Shown: piece by piece, positions 57,593 through 64,000 of the stretch | Position numbering within the stretch: position 1 is the stretch's first letter | Layout of the letters: each line of letters starts with the position of its first letter | Origin: Schizosaccharomyces osmophilus | Taxonomy: Eukaryota | Direction of reading: 5' to 3' | Length of the DNA: 64,000 bases | Assembly (NCBI RefSeq): GCF_027921745.1 | Contig: NC_079240.1 | Coordinates: forward strand, 930,001-994,000 | Program-made: the position numbers and the translations under genes | The notes under the pieces: model-generated | Databases searched by the model: none | The model's input: the letters and a program-made list of their open reading frames with translations, nothing else | Told to the model about the DNA's origin: nothing

Positions 57593-60500
57593 ATGGGTGG
57601 CCTAGCTCAAATATTAGATGAGGTTTCATCGCAGAAAATTAAAGCCAGAAATGATGCCATTGAAGAACTTCGAGCCTTTATCATTTATTCCAGAAATAGG
57701 AATGACCTGAATGAACAAGATTGTCTGACAATTCAACGAATTATTGAGCGTTTGTTCGAAGTGGAAAGAGAAATCATCTACCAAAACACCAAAAGGCAGG
57801 TTTCTGTAGCTTCAATTAATGACAGGTTTCAGAAATTGAGTAGCTTGTTTCGACTCTACGTCGAAAGCTTTATACTGATCTTTCCTGAGTCTCAAATACC
57901 GAAGTTATTGAATTTTGTGCGGAAATTTACCTATACTCCCAGGGATACAATATGTGATCCAGTCTGTTTGGATTTTGGAAAATCTTTGCATCTTTTGTTT
58001 TCCCATTCTCCTCATGTACAGCATCTGCAATTCGTTGATTGGCAAAATACGGTGCTTTATTGCATGAAAGCTGTAGAAGACCTTAGTTTCGTGAATGAAT
58101 CATACGTGAGCGACAGTGAAGAAGAAATGGTAGCTTCACAAAGCTCTAAAAGTGAAAAATCAATATGGCGATCTCACGATGCTATTCGAATAAAGCCGGA
58201 GATTGTGGAGCTTGTAACTGTAATAAAGCTATTAGTGGATTGGTTTGCGGCACCAATTTACTTAGTGCAAAAGGAAGTGCTGTGTTTTCTTCGAAAGTTC
58301 TTCAGAAATTTTAATCAAGAAACAAATGCTCACTTACCTGCTCTTGATTCCCTGTTTCGAATATGCGTTTATATCGTGACTAACGATCGATCTGCAGTAC
58401 TGCAGGTAACGGAGCTCATTCTTCAAGTTTTAGAATTAGGTCAGAAATGGAAAAGGCCAGCATTAAGAAGTTCGTTATTGCATTGTCTAGCAGCTTCATT
58501 CCCCGTATGGTCCGATTGTACTATATGGCACCTAAATTCTTCAGACTCATTCTTTAGTTTTGAGTTATTGGAATCTTCTTTTGGTATTTTCCAAATTATA
58601 TTGCAGGCCTACGGTGATGTATCTCACATCGATTTGTCGATGTTTATCTTCGATGCGATTCAACGAAAACGAAACTTTGCGTCTTTATTCCACCCGGATT
58701 TTCTTCTTCCTTATGAAGTATATAACAGCGATTACTTAGATTTTTATTTCATCTACTTATTTATGGCACAAGTTGTGTGTTTGATGGAATACTGTAATAA
58801 CGCGCGTTCCATCTCAAATTATCCTAAGAAACTCAAAAACAATATTTCGTTTGCAACCTTGCTATCAAGCATTAATTCGCCTAATGCGCAAGAATCTGTT
58901 TTTTCCGTGCAACTTCTTTCAATAATTGTCTCTATTTCATCCACTTTGAATCCTGAGCAAGTTAATGACCTTACTAAGAACTCACTCGCCATGGTTGAAG
59001 CGAAAAGCTCATCAAATTGTTGGTATTACTTTCTTTTATCTAATGTTTGTTACAATAGGACTTATAGTAAGGTTCTATCTGAACCTGTTCTCATGAGAAT
59101 TCTTAGTTTGTCGATTCGGGGCTTATTATTTAGAGAAACATCTTCAGTGTGCTATCATTTACTATCATATTTCCATATTTTTCAGCCTCTACCGTTTCCC
59201 AAGTTATTCCCATGTCTTAAACAGAGTATGTCAATGTCAGAAAATCACTCTCTGGATATATCTCACGAGGCTTTGCTTTTTTGGAGAACGCTATACATGT
59301 TGCTCCAAGATTATAATTCTGTTAAGAAAGCACGTTTTTTTCATTATTTTCACCTTTGGATTTTTCAACATTTGTCCAAATCTTACGTCGTTCAGGATAC
59401 CAGTAATTTTATGAACTCCTCATCTTTTTTTGATGAGCTTATGAGCTTAATCATCTTTTTATATTTCAGAAAAGTATCACTATTGTACACAGAGTCTTGT
59501 GATGAGCTCGTACACAATCATACGCTTTTGTTCTTGAAAGATGCTTGGACATATCTGAAATCTCAGAAACTCAGTTATTGTGGATCAAAATTTAATGAAC
59601 TTGCTAACGCAAGTATGCAAAATGAGTGGAACAATGTAGAAGAACTACGAACGTTAATTGAAATGTTGGAGGACAGCCTGAAAACGTTGTTAGCTGGATT
59701 AAGTGATCAATATTCAGCTAATGTACAAGGATTGGAAGGAAAACTAAATTTACTTATCACTCTGTTTTTTATGCATATATATCTTACGTATATGTTGAAT
59801 GTACTCCATCAGGGTAAGCCAAATACTTCCTGTATTCAATTTGATAACGACGTTATTACGGTAGTGTTTACTTACACGAAGGAGTTTGGGATTTCGGTGG
59901 AACTAATTGCTCTAGTATTAAATAAAGCTTTACGATTGACCATATTGTTTTCCGATAAATTAATATGCCTCGGTGATAAATTGACTGATTCCATTCCTTC
60001 AACTTTATCGTCACTGTTTGCGTTCATTTTGAAAAAGTGCTCAGCCTTTCAAACTAATGAAGCTCAGCAAGTCGATGTAGTTGATGAGGATTTTTCGGAT
60101 GATATTTCCATGTACAGACCCGAAACTCTTGTTCGAACTTCCATTTCTATAAGTGATATAAAGAACTCTCAGAAACAGAAGACTATCGGCAGCATGGTGT
60201 ATATACAGCGTAAGTTGGATAGCATGTCTGGCTATAATGAAAACGGACTTCGTAACATAATTTACCTATGTGACTCTCGAAATTTTTGTTATCTTTCATC
60301 TTCATTTTATCAATACTTTTACGACGTTGCATGTGTATCCGAATCGGTAGCTCTGAATGCGCTGCAAATATTCGCTCAAAAAATTTTGATGGACTATTCT
60401 TTTGAACGTGATGAGTCTTACTTGCTCCAATTTGTAAATATTTTTCGAGTTTTACTAAACTACCGGGTACATTTTGGCCCGTCCGGAAGAAAATTGGTAT

Positions 60501-63500
60501 TAAAGATCTTGAAGTTCATTCGAAAAGTGATGATCGAAAATAGGTACTCTTCTTCCACCGGAAGAATTGCTTTATATTGCTTTCTACTTGATTTTTCTGA
60601 AGATGCATCTGAAATCAGTTCGGCTCATGAACTGAAAACGACAATTAAGCAATTTATCCTTGATCCTGAACCCGTAGTCATATTTCAGTTAAGTCACGAT
60701 ATTTCAAAATTTCTATTGAAAGCTAAATACGAAGATTTAAAGGAAATAGTGGAAGAAGTTGTGTCTTTGGTGGTTCCTGATAATGAAAGTAGAAAGTTTG
60801 CGTTGATTCGATTTATTGTTCTGCTGATTAACACTCAGAATTGCTATCGACCGCAGTTATTGCTAAAAGTTTTGAAGCTTTCTAATTCAGAAAAAGGGAC
60901 AACTGTACTTACATATCTTTTAGAAGCAACTGAAGACTATAGGTTTAGTTTGAAAAACCTTTTCAAAACATACAGATTTGAACTTTTTTGGGTTTTCGTT
61001 GAAAGAGACTTACAATTTACTAAAAATGACTTTTTTGAGTTTCCGTTTCAGTCGCTTTATCGAAATGGATTAGATTTTATAAAGGACAATATTGAAATGA
61101 CAACTCTGATCCTTCTCTTAACACGAAACCAAAGGTTAGCGCAGCTGTTGTGCTCCAGAACTTCTGTTTCTTTTACAAGTATTCAAGAAACACTTGCTTC
61201 AAGACTAAAAGTTGCAAAAACCCTCACAAATGCTGGAGTTTCGAATGAAACTATACATCGAAACTCGAATATGCAATGTGAGCTTGATTTTACAAATCTA
61301 GTGGAATCCATAATATTTTCTTTGTCCTTCATCAAAGACTATAATGGAATTAGTACAAATTTGAAGAAACGTTTCTCTGCTGTTTTTGTTGTTTATGAGC
61401 AACTATCTATTTTTGAAGAAGAACCTTTGGATCTAAACTTTACTGAATCTTTCTCGTTTCAGTCAATAAACGTGATTAATTATCTCAATTATGTTAGCAG
61501 CATGGCCGAGTCATCTACTTTTGTATATTCTTTCATGTGCATGGTGATAAGAAAAATCGGTTTACGGATATATTGGGAACCGGATGATTGCCTTTTAAAG
61601 CGTTGCATTCACCAACTTTGCTTATTCTTGTCATTTTTCGATAAGTTTGTTAAATCGAATTATGTTATAATGGTAATAGTAAGTCTAGCTAAGGAACTAA
61701 TTCAAATACCTTCATTGGCTTCGCTTGGCATTGGGATTTTAAGATACTATTTGAAACGGTTTCATATAGAAAATACCTTTGACTCTGTGTACCTCGTCAA
61801 CGTTTGCACGGAGATATTAGGTTCATGTCATAACTCCACTTTTTTGACCAAAGATACATTAAGCTTTTTTTATGGTTGGTTCAGTGGATTTTCTAATAAT
61901 ATATCTTCTTCGCTAGATGTCGAGAATGGATTTGGCTTTTTGCGTTGCTATGCAAATTTTGTTCAGGCTTTACCAGTTGATTGGAATAACTGGACTCCCA
62001 TATTAGAATCACTGTTTTTAGGTACAACTGTTCTACCAATTTTACTGAAAGACAGTAATACTTCTTTATATTTCTGGCAATCACTCTACTCTTGTCCCCT
62101 CAATGCCTTTGGAAAAGCGCTACCTGAGTTATGTAAATACTATGAATTGTGTGATGTATCTAAATTCCCTGATTATTTAAAGACTTATTATTCGAATTTA
62201 ATGGGGTCATCTTTCCTTTCCCTAACCGATGAGAAAAATGAGTCGTTAACGATTGATTATAATAATGTTGATTATAAGAATATAACATATATTAATATGA
62301 GAAAAGATGTCTTTAAGCATATTCTGAAAGAGGTCGGGCTGCTTTTGTTTTCATATAACTTTTTTTATGGATCCTTCATTGAGAGTTGTATTAGGCTTTT
62401 TTTACACGAGGACATTGATCATGAGTATGAGAGTTGCTTGCCTTTCGGTAATAGTTCAATTCTATATGAGGCCAATAGTACATTCGATATTGAAACCCCT
62501 TCAAACGACGCCAGCCTATCTAACTCCAAAGATGATCAGCTCTATATATGGGTAAACACTGCTGTTTCTGAATTACTGGCTCAATTAGATAAGACAAATG
62601 AGGTCCGGGCTCTATTTTTGTTAAATACAAAAGTAAAGGGAGTATCTCTTCATTTTTTCCATCATATTGTACATATGGTACTGCTTGATCATGAGTTTCA
62701 TGGTCGAAATAAAGCGGCCTTTGAATATATCACTTCTTTGATTTCCGAAGGTATAGAGCAATCAAGGGAGAAGCCGGTACGGGAATTATGTATGAAAGTG
62801 ATACTATATCTTCGGAAACAACCAAAAGTTCACGAAGATACTCCCTTTGCAAGAAACTTCTGGCTTAAGATTGATTATGCTGTTGCATCTGAGGCAGCAT
62901 ATCAGAGCGGTCTCTGCGAGCAGAGCCTGCTATTTTTAAATTTACATGAAACGGAAACCTCAGAATACAATGAGACTCATCTCTCCAATGTTTTAACAGG
63001 ATTGGATTGGTTAGACGTCTATTACGGAATACATCGAGAGACCAACTTTCGTAACATTTTGACGAAAGCTGTTCATGAAAAAAAGAATTTTTTAGCTATA
63101 TCTTACCTCGATGCGATGAATTTTATTGGTTCACCATCAATTCCTGATAGGAAAATGACCATGTCTAACATTTTAATGAACGGTGGATTCTACAGTTTGA
63201 ATGAAAGCTATGTCGATTGCTTAAAGAGCCAAAACTCTATTGACGAATGTAATAATGAAATTTACGCTTCTGCTTGGAGGATGCAGAAATGGGATCTACC
63301 TCCTGTAGGTGATGAAACGGAGTTTGATGGAAGAGTCTACGGATTGTTGCAAATTGCATATGATTCAGATTCAAAAGAGGTTGAGCAGCGTGCTAATGAG
63401 TTCATATGTCGTTTCATGGATGTTAAACATCAGTCCCGTGAAAAAGAAACTTTGTTGTTTCACTCTCTGATCTCTAGGTTTACCTCTTTTTTATTTAGAG

Positions 63501-64000
63501 AAGGGTGGAACATGAACGAGGATCTTTATGATAGGTTAATTAACGAAAAGATGCTGGTACTGGAGCGCTATGACTATATCGAACCTTTACTAAGTTTTCA
63601 AAATGTCGCTTTCGCTTTATTAGAAAACCGTACAGAGCACCTAAGTGAGCCTAATCTGAACGAAATCCGAAAAAAACACATTTTTTCACTGTTAAGAAAT
63701 GGAGAAGTATATCTTCTCACGGGGAAGTTACAGTTGGCTTTATCAACAGCAATGTCTAGTGATTCATTGTATAGCGTACATCTCATGGAGGATAAGGATA
63801 TACGCCAAAAGGTTGATTTCTTGACATCAAGAATTTTATGGGAGAAAACTGAAACTTCGGATGCCATCTGCTTGCTAAGACAGTCCTTAGATAGCACAGA
63901 TTGTTCTGCTCCAGTTTCATCATTATGCTATGCTTATTTGGGAAAATGGCTTTTTGCAACCAAATCGGAAAAGACGGAATTTATTTTAAAAAACTGTTTT
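57593..64000 (+). CDS. tel1: ATM/Tel1 checkpoint kinase, continues past the window end
   Basis: TAN motif SSQKIKARNDAIEELR at the start. The same frame at the window end reads FAT-like ASAWRMQKW and YLGKWLFATKSE. Absent from the ORF track, consistent with no stop in the window. Confidence 0.93.
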   Translation, partial: MGGLAQILDEVSSQKIKARNDAIEELRAFIIYSRNRNDLNEQDCLTIQRIIERLFEVEREIIYQNTKRQVSVASINDRFQKLSSLFRLYVESFILIFPESQIPKLLNFVRKFTYTPRDTICDPVCLDFGKSLHLLFSHSPHVQHLQFVDWQNTVLYCMKAVEDLSFVNESYVSDSEEEMVASQSSKSEKSIWRSHDAIRIKPEIVELVTVIKLLVDWFAAPIYLVQKEVLCFLRKFFRNFNQETNAHLPALDSLFRICVYIVTNDRSAVLQVTELILQVLELGQKWKRPALRSSLLHCLAASFPVWSDCTIWHLNSSDSFFSFELLESSFGIFQIILQAYGDVSHIDLSMFIFDAIQRKRNFASLFHPDFLLPYEVYNSDYLDFYFIYLFMAQVVCLMEYCNNARSISNYPKKLKNNISFATLLSSINSPNAQESVFSVQLLSIIVSISSTLNPEQVNDLTKNSLAMVEAKSSSNCWYYFLLSNVCYNRTYSKVLSEPVLMRILSLSIRGLLFRETSSVCYHLLSYFHIFQPLPFPKLFPCLKQSMSMSENHSLDISHEALLFWRTLYMLLQDYNSVKKARFFHYFHLWIFQHLSKSYVVQDTSNFMNSSSFFDELMSLIIFLYFRKVSLLYTESCDELVHNHTLLFLKDAWTYLKSQKLSYCGSKFNELANASMQNEWNNVEELRTLIEMLEDSLKTLLAGLSDQYSANVQGLEGKLNLLITLFFMHIYLTYMLNVLHQGKPNTSCIQFDNDVITVVFTYTKEFGISVELIALVLNKALRLTILFSDKLICLGDKLTDSIPSTLSSLFAFILKKCSAFQTNEAQQVDVVDEDFSDDISMYRPETLVRTSISISDIKNSQKQKTIGSMVYIQRKLDSMSGYNENGLRNIIYLCDSRNFCYLSSSFYQYFYDVACVSESVALNALQIFAQKILMDYSFERDESYLLQFVNIFRVLLNYRVHFGPSGRKLVLKILKFIRKVMIENRYSSSTGRIALYCFLLDFSEDASEISSAHELKTTIKQFILDPEPVVIFQLSHDISKFLLKAKYEDLKEIVEEVVSLVVPDNESRKFALIRFIVLLINTQNCYRPQLLLKVLKLSNSEKGTTVLTYLLEATEDYRFSLKNLFKTYRFELFWVFVERDLQFTKNDFFEFPFQSLYRNGLDFIKDNIEMTTLILLLTRNQRLAQLLCSRTSVSFTSIQETLASRLKVAKTLTNAGVSNETIHRNSNMQCELDFTNLVESIIFSLSFIKDYNGISTNLKKRFSAVFVVYEQLSIFEEEPLDLNFTESFSFQSINVINYLNYVSSMAESSTFVYSFMCMVIRKIGLRIYWEPDDCLLKRCIHQLCLFLSFFDKFVKSNYVIMVIVSLAKELIQIPSLASLGIGILRYYLKRFHIENTFDSVYLVNVCTEILGSCHNSTFLTKDTLSFFYGWFSGFSNNISSSLDVENGFGFLRCYANFVQALPVDWNNWTPILESLFLGTTVLPILLKDSNTSLYFWQSLYSCPLNAFGKALPELCKYYELCDVSKFPDYLKTYYSNLMGSSFLSLTDEKNESLTIDYNNVDYKNITYINMRKDVFKHILKEVGLLLFSYNFFYGSFIESCIRLFLHEDIDHEYESCLPFGNSSILYEANSTFDIETPSNDASLSNSKDDQLYIWVNTAVSELLAQLDKTNEVRALFLLNTKVKGVSLHFFHHIVHMVLLDHEFHGRNKAAFEYITSLISEGIEQSREKPVRELCMKVILYLRKQPKVHEDTPFARNFWLKIDYAVASEAAYQSGLCEQSLLFLNLHETETSEYNETHLSNVLTGLDWLDVYYGIHRETNFRNILTKAVHEKKNFLAISYLDAMNFIGSPSIPDRKMTMSNILMNGGFYSLNESYVDCLKSQNSIDECNNEIYASAWRMQKWDLPPVGDETEFDGRVYGLLQIAYDSDSKEVEQRANEFICRFMDVKHQSREKETLLFHSLISRFTSFLFREGWNMNEDLYDRLINEKMLVLERYDYIEPLLSFQNVAFALLENRTEHLSEPNLNEIRKKHIFSLLRNGEVYLLTGKLQLALSTAMSSDSLYSVHLMEDKDIRQKVDFLTSRILWEKTETSDAICLLRQSLDSTDCSAPVSSLCYAYLGKWLFATKSEKTEFILKNCF

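Noticed and set aside
3962..64000. Apparent cluster of genome-maintenance genes (ctp1, pof3, rad21, bub1, pxd1, ssb3, tel1)
   Set aside because: They are interspersed with unrelated housekeeping genes and explained by ordinary conserved synteny.
1..64000. Retrotransposon, LTR, transposase or CRISPR-like arrays
   Set aside because: No gag/pol/transposase ORF, paired long terminal repeats or regularly spaced repeats were seen; a degenerate solo LTR cannot be excluded by eye.

Overview
Eukaryotic, intron-containing fungal DNA. Gene content and order match Schizosaccharomyces pombe chromosome III (cosmids c338, c1322, c23B6), but the proteins are diverged, so this is probably a non-pombe Schizosaccharomyces of the octosporus/osmophilus/cryophilus group (inference). 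The window holds 23 recognisable protein genes (nat1 and tel1 run off the ends; pbi2 is absent from the ORF track because it is split by introns), three tRNA genes and one dispersed 5S rRNA gene. Two places are not explained by routine annotation. (1) An ATG-less open frame at 3626-3910 sits just upstream of ctp1, in the same frame and separated from it by one stop. It encodes a KRKH basic patch and two Y-x3-N-x2-L helices resembling the p97/Cdc48-binding motif of metazoan FAM104/VCF1. (2) The interval between rad21 and bub1 (19.4-24.4 kb) lacks the ade6-containing block I recall from S. pombe. It instead carries 5S rDNA, an internal DUF999-like membrane-protein gene, several Mei4-type FLEX sites (two in a 149-bp tandem duplication) and a tRNA-Ser, an arrangement reminiscent of 5S-linked wtf loci. 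All orthology calls come from remembered protein features and synteny, not database searches.
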